Below, piece after piece: positions 9,596 through 17,818 of a stretch of 34,611 bases of DNA. Position 1 is the first letter of the stretch, and each line of letters begins with the position of its first letter. Position numbers and translations under genes: made by a program. Below the pieces are notes generated by a model. That model saw only the letters and a list, made by a program, of their open reading frames with translations, did not search any database and was not told the DNA's origin. Source of the DNA: Candidatus Spyradosoma sp. (GTDB taxonomy: Bacteria > Verrucomicrobiota > Verrucomicrobiia > Opitutales > UBA953); the NCBI GenBank assembly GCA_051884475.1, contig JBJEVP010000151.1, positions 1 through 34,611 on the forward strand, in the 5' to 3' direction.

Positions 9596-9964
9596 TTGAG
9601 CTATGTTTTTTGGGGCGGCATGACCACGCTCGTGAGCTTCGCCGCTTACGGGATCGCCACGCGCGTGCTCTGCCTGGGCGTCGTTTCCGCGACCATCGTT
9701 TCGTGGATCGTTGCGGTGCTATTCGCGTTCGTCACGAACAAGCTGTGGGTCTTCGGCTCAAAATCGCTCGCGCCGTTGCTCGTGCTGCGCGAGCTCGTCG
9801 CGTTCGTCGCTTCGCGTCTTACTTCCGGCGGAATCGAGCTTTTTATGATGTGGCTTTTTGCCGACGTGTTCGGTGTGAACGACTGGCTGATGAAGCTTGT
9901 CGCGAACGTTGTCGTCATCATCGCCAACTACGTCTTCTCCAAAATCTTCGTCTTCCGAAAATGA
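9596..9964 (+). CDS. GtrA-family flippase-like membrane protein
   Basis: Four hydrophobic segments, SYVFWGGMTTLV, FAFVTNKLWVF, NYVFSKIFVFRK. The open frame continues upstream (KKLFADRRFRELL) through the C10 tract, so the true start is uncertain. Confidence 0.85.
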   Translation: MSYVFWGGMTTLVSFAAYGIATRVLCLGVVSATIVSWIVAVLFAFVTNKLWVFGSKSLAPLLVLRELVAFVASRLTSGGIELFMMWLFADVFGVNDWLMKLVANVVVIIANYVFSKIFVFRK

Positions 9965-10954
9965 ACTCAATATTATACCCCCCCCCCTATTGTCGTCGAA
10001 ATCGTGGTTCCCTGCTACAACGAGGCGGAGACTCTGCCGAGCTCTGCGAGAACGCTTGAACGGCTTCTGGAAAAAATGATTACCGATGAGCAGATTTCTT
10101 CCGAAAGCACGATACGCTTCGTCAACGACGGATCGTGCGACTGCACATGGGCATTGATATGTGAGCTCTGCTCCCGAAAGGGAACACATTTCCGAGGCGT
10201 GAATCTCTCGCGCAATTTCGGACACCAGAGCGCGCTGCTTGCCGGCCTATTTTCGTCGCGCGCGGATGCCTGCGTTTCCATCGACGCGGACCTGCAGGAC
10301 GACGTGAACGTCGTCCCCAAGATGGTAGAAAAATTCCGCGCCGGCGCTGACATCGTCTACGGCGTGCGCGCGCGGCGGGACACGGATACGTTTTTCAAAA
10401 AATGGACGGCACTCGCGTTCTATGCGGTGCGCGACTGGCTCGCTGGCGGGAAGACGATACGCAACCACGCAGATTTTCGCCTGATGAGTCGCCGCGCAAT
10501 CAACGCGCTCAAATCTTTTCCCGAGACGAATCTTTATCTGAGAGGACTGATTCCGATGCTCGGATTTCCGTCGGCGAAAGTGTTTTACGACCGCAGGGCG
10601 CGCGAGCTCGGCGAGAGCAAATATCCGCTCTCCAAAATGCTCAAGCTCGCCTGGAACGGCATCGTCAATTTTTCCGACGTCCCTCTGAAGATGCTTACGG
10701 CGGCAGGGCTGCTCGGCGGCGCGGCGTGTGGGTGTGCGCTCGTTTTTGCGCTCGTGCAGTGGCTGCGCGGCGAGACCGTTCCCGGCTGGGCGACGATCGT
10801 CTTTGCCGTCGCGGCTGTCGGCAGCGTACAGATGATTTCTTTGGGCATCCTCGGATCCTACATCGCAAAAATCTTTTTGGAAACGAAGAGACGCCCGCCG
10901 TTCATCATTCAGGAGACTATCGGCGGGAACGAGGCGTGTTCCCGAGAAACGTAA
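9961..10954 (+). CDS. GT2 polyprenyl-phosphate glycosyltransferase (GtrB-like), frameshifted at a C10 tract as sequenced
   Basis: VPCYNE, VNDGS, LSRNFGHQSAL, DADLQD, DFRLMSR, GESKY, two C-terminal TM helices. ATG 9961 overlaps the upstream stop (ATGA) but is one base out of frame with the GT domain; GTG 10004 lies inside the first conserved strand. Confidence 0.88.
9978..9987 (+). repeat. C10 homopolymer in the 5' end of the GtrB-like gene
   Basis: tattata-C10-tattgtc; C9 or C12 restores MNSILYPPP(P)IVVEIVVPCYNE. Confidence 0.9.
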
Positions 10955-11156
10955 TTGTTTTTAGGATGGATGAAGAAAGAAAACGCAGTTCTCTTGGCGG
11001 CCTTTGCTCCCGGTATGACCATTTCTGCGCCTTTGGGGAGGAGCCTTTCCGTCTGCGTCGCGAAACTCTCGCCTCGGGAAATCTCCCGAAAAGTAGCGAG
11101 AAGGCCGCTTTCCCCAACCTCGTGTCCACCTTTCGTTTTCCTGCTCCTTTTCAGCC

Positions 11157-12113
11157 ATGAATAACGAAATCTCCGCAACCTCCGTTCCCGCGCCCGACGT
11201 TTCGTTCGCCGTTCCCTGCTTCAACGAAGCCGAGGCGATTCCGATTTTTTACTCGGAGCTTCTCCGCGTCATCGAACCGATGAAGATTTCTTTCGAGCTC
11301 ATCTTCGTCGACGACGGCTCGCGCGACGCCTCGCTCGAAAAAATGCGCGAGCTCACCGCCCGCGACGCCCGCGTGCACTACGTGAGCTTTTCCCGCAACT
11401 TCGGCAAGGAGGCCGCTCTGCTCGCCGGGCTCGAAACCGCGCGCGGGAACGCCGTCGCGACCATGGACGTCGATCTGCAGGACCCGCCCGCGCTGTTCCC
11501 GCGGCTGTGGGACGCGCTCGCGCGCGAGGGCTACGACTGCGCCGCCACGCGCCGCGCCGACCGCAAGGGCGAGCCGCCGATCCGCTCTTTCTTCTCGAAA
11601 AAATTCTACGACGTCATGGGCAGAATTTCCGACGCGCAGATCGTCGCCGGCGCGCGCGACTACCGGCTCATGCGCCGCGAAATGGTGGACGCGATCCTGT
11701 CGATGCGGGAACGCAACCGTTTCACGAAGGGGATTTATTCGTGGGTGGGCTTCCGCACGAAATGGTTCGCGTTCGAGAACGCGGAGCGCTCCGCCGGGGA
11801 GACGAAATGGTCGTTCCGCAAGCTGCTGTTTTATTCGTTCGACGGCATCGCGGCGTTTTCGACCGTGCCGCTGCAGATCGCGTCGGTGGCGGGAATGCTC
11901 TTCGCGGCGGGCGCGGTGGTCGGCATCGTCGCGACGATCGCGCTGAAGCTCAGCGGCAGCCCGATGGCTTGGGGCTGGCCGACGCTCGTGTGTCTGCTCC
12001 TTTTCGTGAGCGGCGTCCAGCTCCTCACGATTGGCATTCTCGGTCAATACCTCGCGAAGACCTATGTCGAAACGAAGCGGCGCCCGCACTACCTCGTGCG
12101 CGAGCGCGGATGA
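11157..12113 (+). CDS. Second GT2 polyprenyl-phosphate glycosyltransferase (GtrB/YkcC-like)
   Basis: VPCFNE, VDDGS, FSRNFGKEAAL, DVDLQDPP, DYRLM, GETKW, two C-terminal TM helices, ETKRRP. Confidence 0.92.
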   Translation: MNNEISATSVPAPDVSFAVPCFNEAEAIPIFYSELLRVIEPMKISFELIFVDDGSRDASLEKMRELTARDARVHYVSFSRNFGKEAALLAGLETARGNAVATMDVDLQDPPALFPRLWDALAREGYDCAATRRADRKGEPPIRSFFSKKFYDVMGRISDAQIVAGARDYRLMRREMVDAILSMRERNRFTKGIYSWVGFRTKWFAFENAERSAGETKWSFRKLLFYSFDGIAAFSTVPLQIASVAGMLFAAGAVVGIVATIALKLSGSPMAWGWPTLVCLLLFVSGVQLLTIGILGQYLAKTYVETKRRPHYLVRERG

Positions 12114-12143
12114 TTTTTCAAAACTCAAAAACGTAAAAGGAAA

Positions 12144-13904
12144 ATGATTATAAAACTTCAGAACTTCTTCGCGCGCGTTCCGCTGTGGATCTACGCGCTC
12201 GCGATTTTTGCGGTCGCTCTCGGCGTGCGGCTCCATTGGATTCAGATGAAAGAAAACTTCCATTGCGACGAATCGATGTCCGTTCACTTGTGTTCGTACA
12301 CGGAATGGAAATTTGAAAGTGGAAAAATTTACAGCGGGCGCGAACTCAAAAACATCGTGTACGCCAACGATGCCGGGATGAAAGATTTCGCGAAAGACAT
12401 TTTTCATCTGCGTGAAAACAATCGGGATTATTGCCATACGAATGTGTATTATAGCCTTTTGCGTTGCGCACTTTTCGGAGCGGACACAACGGACATGCAC
12501 GCCGTCGTGACGAGAGGCTTTGTTCTGAACATCGCGCTTTTTTCCGTCGCGTTCGTTTTTCTGACACTTCTCTTACGGGAGCTGTTTGCCGGAAAACTCG
12601 CCGTTGTTTCCGGACTCGTTGCAGGAACGCTCTGCACGGGAACGATTTCGATGTCCATGTGGATTCGCCCGTATGATCTTCAGTTGGCGGCGATGAGCGT
12701 CTTCGCGTTCGTTTTCGTGCGTTGCGTGAAAACGTATTTGCGCGGAGACTCCCTTGTTTCGTGGAAAAATTTTTGGGCTCTTGCCGTGATTTCCGCGGGA
12801 ACGCTTCTCAGCGTTTATTTTTCCGTCCTCGCCGTCGTTCTTTTTGGCGCGACTCTCTGTGTTTTGGCGTTGTGGAGAATCGGGAAAAGCGAGCTGCCGT
12901 TTTTGATTTCCGTCTTCGCGCTCGGTGTGACTTTCGCTACGGCGATTTATCCGAACTATCCGCTCGGATTCTTAGTCGGACGCGGAACAGAAGCCGCTTC
13001 GAAATTCTCTCCGATTCGGATTTTTTCGAATATCTGGGATTCCGTCATCGGCGGAATTTTGGTTTTGGCGGACGACGCCATGTTCGTTCCCGCGCTTGCG
13101 CTGCTTGTTGTCGCGGCTTTTGCAATTTGGAGAAATCGTAATAGCGCTGTCGATGCCGGCGAAGAAAAAGCCGAGAGCGTTCCCGCCGTCGTATTCCTTT
13201 CGCTCGTCGTTCCCGCGTTTCTCGCCTATTGGGCGACACTTTACCTCGCTCCGTATAAAATCGTCCGCTACGTTGCGGCGTTGCTACCGATTCTGCTTGT
13301 CAGCGTTCCTTGGGCGCTTTCGGCTACGCGTTCCCGCGTGATTTATGTTTTGGGAAACCTCGCTTTCATCGGCGTCTTTTGCGGAGGCGTTTTCTTCGCG
13401 AAGCCGCTTCCGATGCGCGCTTCAGGGGACGTGGGTAAGGTCGCTCTTCGGGCACCAAGGCTTGGAGTGGGGCATCTCGCTTATTGGAATAAGCCCGATT
13501 GTGGAGAAGCTCTTGTTGAGGTCGCGAAGAAAAATCCGCGATTCGTGGTATTGGACGATTGGCGTACGCACGGCTTGGATTTGATGAAATTGCCGGATTC
13601 CGCGCAGGTTGTGTTTGCAGAAAGGCAAGATGCTGATCGAACGAGCTTTGATTTGTCGAATATCGCTCCGCAGTGGAATGATTTCGCGCTCGTCGTCCCG
13701 ATTTGGGGACGCGTTTCGCTTTTGGGAATTCGGGAAATCATTTTGCCGAAAGGGAAAGTATACGCAGAAACCCACTTGGACACTGCGGGCCTTCTGATTC
13801 CGTTCTCGCGCGAAGGATCCGCCCAGAGCCTGATTCTGAAGCTGAATGAAGAATCCGCCCAAAGCGGCGGAAATTATTTCGATGTCGTTCCCGCCGAGAA
13901 CTGA
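12144..13904 (+). CDS. Multi-pass membrane protein, probable GT-C-fold (GtrC/ArnT-like) glycosyltransferase
   Basis: First TM followed by a DE motif (FHCDE), then HTNVYY and IRPY motifs, about 11-12 hydrophobic segments and a soluble C-terminal domain; visibly lower GC; follows gtrA/gtrB-like genes. Confidence 0.7.
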   Translation: MIIKLQNFFARVPLWIYALAIFAVALGVRLHWIQMKENFHCDESMSVHLCSYTEWKFESGKIYSGRELKNIVYANDAGMKDFAKDIFHLRENNRDYCHTNVYYSLLRCALFGADTTDMHAVVTRGFVLNIALFSVAFVFLTLLLRELFAGKLAVVSGLVAGTLCTGTISMSMWIRPYDLQLAAMSVFAFVFVRCVKTYLRGDSLVSWKNFWALAVISAGTLLSVYFSVLAVVLFGATLCVLALWRIGKSELPFLISVFALGVTFATAIYPNYPLGFLVGRGTEAASKFSPIRIFSNIWDSVIGGILVLADDAMFVPALALLVVAAFAIWRNRNSAVDAGEEKAESVPAVVFLSLVVPAFLAYWATLYLAPYKIVRYVAALLPILLVSVPWALSATRSRVIYVLGNLAFIGVFCGGVFFAKPLPMRASGDVGKVALRAPRLGVGHLAYWNKPDCGEALVEVAKKNPRFVVLDDWRTHGLDLMKLPDSAQVVFAERQDADRTSFDLSNIAPQWNDFALVVPIWGRVSLLGIREIILPKGKVYAETHLDTAGLLIPFSREGSAQSLILKLNEESAQSGGNYFDVVPAEN

Positions 13905-13944
13905 GAGTTTCGGCGCCGGATTCCCTCCGCGCGTTCCCGTCCGG

Positions 13945-13981
13945 AAAAAAATCTCCCGCGAGTCCCGCGGGGATTTTTTTT
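13945..13981. terminator. Probable intrinsic terminator, possibly bidirectional
   Basis: A7-tctcccgcg-agtcc-cgcggggat-T-run: GC stem flanked by A and T runs, after the GT-C gene. Confidence 0.7.
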
Positions 13982-14038
13982 GCCCGCGGAGAGGCTAAAA
14001 AGTTGCGGGAACGCGGGGTTTTTGGAATGATGGCGGGC

Positions 14039-14971
14039 ATGGAAAACGTAATCATTCTCGGGAGCGGATGCGCCGGGCTTTCGGCCGCGATCTACGCGGC
14101 GCGCGCCGGCTTCGCTCCGCTCGTCATCGAAGGCGATCAGCCCGGCGGACAGATCACCACGACCTCCGAAGTGGAGAATTTCCCGGGATTCCCCGACGGC
14201 GTGGACGGATTTTCGCTCGTGATGAACATGCGTCAGCAGGCGGAAAAATTCGGCGCGCGCTTCGAGAGCGACCGCATCGACCGCGTCGAGCTTTCCGCGG
14301 GAACGAAGAAACTTTTCGCCGTTTCCGGCACGGTGTACGAGTGCCGCGCGCTCGTCGTCGCCACGGGCGCCGCGCCCAGGCTCACGGGAGTGAAGGGCGA
14401 GAAGGAATTTTACGGCGGGAACGGCGTCAGCACCTGCGCGACCTGCGACGGCGCGTTTTTCCGGGGCGCGGACGTCGCCGTCGTCGGCGGCGGGGACACG
14501 GCCTGCGAGGAGGCGAGTTTTCTCACGCGCTTCGCCGCGAAAGTCTATCTCGTGCATCGGCGCGACAAGTTCCGCGCGACGGAAATCATGGTGCGCCGCG
14601 TTTCGGAAAACCCGAAAATCGAGCGCGTCATGTCGAGCGTTCCCGAGGAAGTGCTCGGCGACGAGGCGGGAAAAGTGCGCGCCCTGCGCGTGCGCGACGT
14701 CGCTTCGGGCGCGACGCGCGACCTCCCGGTGAAATGCGTCTTCGTCGCGATCGGGCACACGCCGAACACGGCGTTCCTCGCGGGCGCGCTTCCGACGGAG
14801 GCGGACGGCACGCTGATCGCCGAGCGCGACGCTTCGGGCGTCCGCACCGCGGTGCCGGGCGTGTTCGTCGCGGGCGACTGCGCGGATTCGCTCTACCGCC
14901 AGGCGATCGTCGCCGCGGGAACGGGCGCGCGCGCCGGGATCGAAGTGCAGCGTTATCTGGAAGCCGACTGA
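14039..14971 (+). CDS. trxB: Thioredoxin-disulfide reductase
   Basis: [17 protein letters not shown] motif, VENFPGF, CATCDG redox motif, [24 protein letters not shown]; start placed at ATG 14039. Confidence 0.95.
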   Translation: MENVIILGSGCAGLSAAIYAARAGFAPLVIEGDQPGGQITTTSEVENFPGFPDGVDGFSLVMNMRQQAEKFGARFESDRIDRVELSAGTKKLFAVSGTVYECRALVVATGAAPRLTGVKGEKEFYGGNGVSTCATCDGAFFRGADVAVVGGGDTACEEASFLTRFAAKVYLVHRRDKFRATEIMVRRVSENPKIERVMSSVPEEVLGDEAGKVRALRVRDVASGATRDLPVKCVFVAIGHTPNTAFLAGALPTEADGTLIAERDASGVRTAVPGVFVAGDCADSLYRQAIVAAGTGARAGIEVQRYLEAD

Positions 14972-14973
14972 GG

Positions 14974-16356
14974 GTGATTTCCTTTTCGGGAGAAATCGCG
15001 CCGTTGCGGGCGCTGTTCGAGGCGGCGCGGGAACGCGGCGGCCGCGCCCTGTTCGTCGGCGGCTGCGTGCGCGACGCTCTGCTCGGTCGCGCGAGCAAGG
15101 ATTTCGACGCGGAGATCTACGGCCTGCCCGCCGGGGAGGTCGAGTCGCTCCTGCGGGCGCTGAAATTCCGTTTCAACGCGGCGGGAAAATCTTTCGGCGT
15201 GTTCAAGCTGCACGGCGTTCCCGCGGACGTGGCGCTCCCGCGGCGCGAGTCCAAGCGCGGCGTCGGACATCGCGGATTTCTCGTCGAGGGCGATCCGTCG
15301 ATGAGCGTTCCCGAGGCGGCGGCGCGGCGGGACTTCACCGTCAACTCGATTTATTTCGATCCGCTGACCGGCGAGGTTCTCGATCCCTTCGACGGGCGCG
15401 GCGACCTGGAGCGGAAAATCCTGCGGCACACGTCGCCCGCGTTCGTCGAAGATCCGCTGCGCGTGCTCCGCGCGATGCAGTTTTCGGCCCGTTTCCGCTT
15501 CGACGTCGCGCCGGAGACGGTCGCGCTCTGCGCGGGAATCGAGCCGGAGGGACTTTCGTCCGAACGCATTTTCGACGAATGGGCGAAGCTCCTCACGCGC
15601 GGCGAAGAGCCTTCCCGCGGACTGAATTTTCTCCGCGCCTGCGGTTGGGTGAAACATTTTCCCGAGCTCGCCGCGCTCATCGGCGTGGAGCAGGATCCGG
15701 GCTGGCATCCCGAGGGCGACGTGTGGAACCACACGCTCGCCGTGACCGACGTTTTCGCGCGGGAACGCGTCGAGGACGATTTCGAGAACCTCGTCGTCGG
15801 CTTCGCCGCGCTCTGCCACGATTTCGGCAAGCCCGCGACGACGCGTTTTTCCGAAAAGGACGGTCGCTGGCACGCCTACGGGCACGACGCCGCCGGCGTG
15901 GCTCCCGCGAAAAAATTTCTGGAGCGCATGACGAATTTCCGCGAACTCGTCGACGGCGTGCTGCCGCTCGTCCTCTGCCATATGCAGCCGATCGCGATCT
16001 GGCGTTCCCGCGCGGGCGATTCCGCCGTGCGTCGGCTCGCGAAGCGCGTGGGGCGCATCGACCGGCTGCTGCGCGTGTGCTCGGCGGACGCGATGGGCGC
16101 GGCGACGGAAAAGAACGCGGAGCTGCGCGCGGCGTCCGCGTGGCTGCTCGAACGCGCGGAAGCCCTGCGCGTGCGCGATTCCGCGCCGAAGCCGCTGATT
16201 CTCGGCCGGCATCTTCTCGCGCTGGGCGTTCCCGCGTCGCCCGCGTTCAAAAAGATCATCGACGAGTGCTACGAGGCGCAGCTCGACGGGAAATTTCTCG
16301 ACGAAGCCGGAGGAATCGCTTTCCTGAAAGGCCGGCTGCGCCGGAGCGGCATTTGA
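14974..16356 (+). CDS. cca: CCA tRNA nucleotidyltransferase / poly(A) polymerase family protein with HD domain
   Basis: [39 protein letters not shown] and LCHDFGK; start placed at GTG 14974 just after the trxB stop. Confidence 0.88.
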   Translation: MISFSGEIAPLRALFEAARERGGRALFVGGCVRDALLGRASKDFDAEIYGLPAGEVESLLRALKFRFNAAGKSFGVFKLHGVPADVALPRRESKRGVGHRGFLVEGDPSMSVPEAAARRDFTVNSIYFDPLTGEVLDPFDGRGDLERKILRHTSPAFVEDPLRVLRAMQFSARFRFDVAPETVALCAGIEPEGLSSERIFDEWAKLLTRGEEPSRGLNFLRACGWVKHFPELAALIGVEQDPGWHPEGDVWNHTLAVTDVFARERVEDDFENLVVGFAALCHDFGKPATTRFSEKDGRWHAYGHDAAGVAPAKKFLERMTNFRELVDGVLPLVLCHMQPIAIWRSRAGDSAVRRLAKRVGRIDRLLRVCSADAMGAATEKNAELRAASAWLLERAEALRVRDSAPKPLILGRHLLALGVPASPAFKKIIDECYEAQLDGKFLDEAGGIAFLKGRLRRSGI

Positions 16357-16428
16357 GCGGGAAGGGCGCCGCCCGTTCCCGGAAGAAACGGAAAGCCGCC
16401 GAAACGACGATGTTCCGACGGCATGTCA

Positions 16429-16513
16429 TGGTACCCGGAGTGGGGGTCGAACCCACACACCTTGCGATATCAGATTTTGAGTCTGACGCGTCTGCCAATT
16501 CCGCCATCCGGGC
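16429..16513 (-). tRNA. tRNA-Leu(CAA)
   Basis: Minus strand GCCCGGATGGCGGAATTGGCAGACGCG-TCAGA-CTCAAAA-TCTGA-variable arm-GTGGGTTCGACCCCCAC-TCCGGGT-ACCA; anticodon CAA, CCA encoded, 85 nt. Confidence 0.96.
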
Positions 16514-16576
16514 CAAAGAAAACGCGGTTCCGCTATCAAAGGGCATTCCCGCGGACCGAGCAAGACTTTTCTTGAT

Positions 16577-17254
16577 TCAGAGCTCCTCCAGCACGCCGCG
16601 GCGGAGAACGAGGCGGCGGTCGGCGCGGTCGGCGAACTCGAGATTGTGCGTGACGAGGAAGAGCGCGGCGTCGCGTTCGCGGCAGACGTCGATCAGCAGA
16701 CGCATGACGGATTCGCCCGTGCGTTCGTCGAGATTGCCGGTCGGCTCGTCCGCGAGAATCAGCGGCGGACGGTTGACGAGCGCGCGCGCGATCGCGACGC
16801 GCTGGCATTCGCCGCCGGAGAGCTTTGCCGGGAGGTGGCCGACGCGCTCGCCGAGCCCGACGCGCGCGAGCAGTTCCCGCGCCTGTTCCCGCGCGGCGCG
16901 CACGGGCGTTCCCGCGATGCGCGCGGCGAGCAGCACGTTTTCGAGCGCGGTGAGCTCGGGGACGAGGTGGAAGAACTGGAACACGTAGCCGATGAGCTTC
17001 GTGCGCGCCCTGGCGAGAAAGGCGTTCCCGCGGCCGGTGATGCGCTCGCCGTTCCAGAAGAGCTCTCCGGAGTCGGGCGCGTCGAGGCCGCCGAGAATCT
17101 GCAGCAGCGTGGTTTTTCCCGCGCCGCTTTCGCCGCGGACGGAGACGCGTTCGCCCGCGGCGACGGCGAGATCGACGCCCCTGAGGACGTCGATCGTTCC
17201 CGCGGGGGAAGCGAAGGATTTTCTGATGGCGGTGGCTGCGAGTACGGGAGGCAT
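16577..17254 (-). CDS. lolD: ABC transporter ATP-binding protein, LolD-like
   Basis: [31 protein letters not shown]; downstream of a LolC/E-like permease. Confidence 0.85.
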   Translation of the reverse strand: MPPVLAATAIRKSFASPAGTIDVLRGVDLAVAAGERVSVRGESGAGKTTLLQILGGLDAPDSGELFWNGERITGRGNAFLARARTKLIGYVFQFFHLVPELTALENVLLAARIAGTPVRAAREQARELLARVGLGERVGHLPAKLSGGECQRVAIARALVNRPPLILADEPTGNLDERTGESVMRLLIDVCRERDAALFLVTHNLEFADRADRRLVLRRGVLEEL

Positions 17255-17260
17255 GGGAAA

Positions 17261-17323
17261 GTGACTGGTAGCTGGAGGCTGGTAACTTGTGAAAAGTGAC
17301 AGGTGACGGGTGACAAGTGACAG
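17261..17323 (+). repeat. Nine in-register degenerate heptamers (consensus GTGACAG)
   Basis: gtgactg gtagctg gaggctg gtaactt gtgaaaa gtgacag gtgacgg gtgacaa gtgacag. Confidence 0.9.
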
Positions 17324-17327
17324 GATA

Positions 17328-17702
17328 TTACTTGGAGGCGGACTCGGAAAGTCGGCGCTGCGCGTAGGTCGAAAGCCCGCCGAGAAGACGTCCGCACCGG
17401 CTCAGGGGCTCTTTGAGAAGCGCCGCGTTTTCTGAAGAAAGAAAGCCGATTCTCTGTGCGAGAACGACCTGCGTTTCCAGTTCCGCCAAGGAGCCGGCGG
17501 CGATTCTGAGAAATCGGACGTTGTCCTTGGCGCTCTGGCGCGCGGAGCCTTCGGCGATGTTCGAGGGAATGGAAACGGCGGCTCGGCGCATCTGAGAGCA
17601 GATTCCGAAAAGTTCCTCTTTGGGAAATGCCGCCGTGATCTCGTAAATCTTTTGCGCGAGATCCATGGAGACTTTCCATGCTTCCAAATCGTAATACATC
17701 AT
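17328..17702 (-). CDS. Four-helix-bundle protein (23S rRNA intervening-sequence protein / Avd-like family)
   Basis: YYDLEAWK-x-SMDL, FPKEELFG-x2-SQMRRAAVSIPSNIAEG, IAAGSLAELETQ; 124 aa. Confidence 0.93.
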   Translation of the reverse strand: MMYYDLEAWKVSMDLAQKIYEITAAFPKEELFGICSQMRRAAVSIPSNIAEGSARQSAKDNVRFLRIAAGSLAELETQVVLAQRIGFLSSENAALLKEPLSRCGRLLGGLSTYAQRRLSESASK

Positions 17703-17729
17703 GTTCAGTATTCCTTTCTGACAATGCTC

Positions 17730-17764
17730 TTGTCACCTGTCACATGTCACCTGTCACCGCTCAC
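17730..17764 (-). repeat. Five heptamers (CTGTCAC on +), inverted relative to 17261-17323
   Basis: ttgtcac ctgtcac atgtcac ctgtcac cgctcac. Confidence 0.9.
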
Positions 17765-17818
17765 TTCTTTTTCGTGTTCTTTCGTGGTTCCGTTTTCGGA
17801 GAACGCCCGGCGCTCGCC

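Noticed and set aside
10955-11156. Small ORFs or an element between the two GT2 genes
   Set aside because: Short ORFs on both strands lack motifs, and no terminal repeats are visible.
14068-14973. Apparent N-terminal extension of the CCA-adding enzyme
   Set aside because: Arg-rich alternative frame overlapping trxB; the recognisable protein starts at GTG 14974.
16429-16513. tRNA-Leu as an integration site for the tyrosine recombinase
   Set aside because: The recombinase is 16 kb away with core genes in between, and I found no duplicate of the tRNA 3' end.
17328-17702. Diversity-generating retroelement suggested by the Avd-like protein
   Set aside because: No reverse transcriptase and no template/variable repeat pair with adenine-specific mismatches seen in the window.
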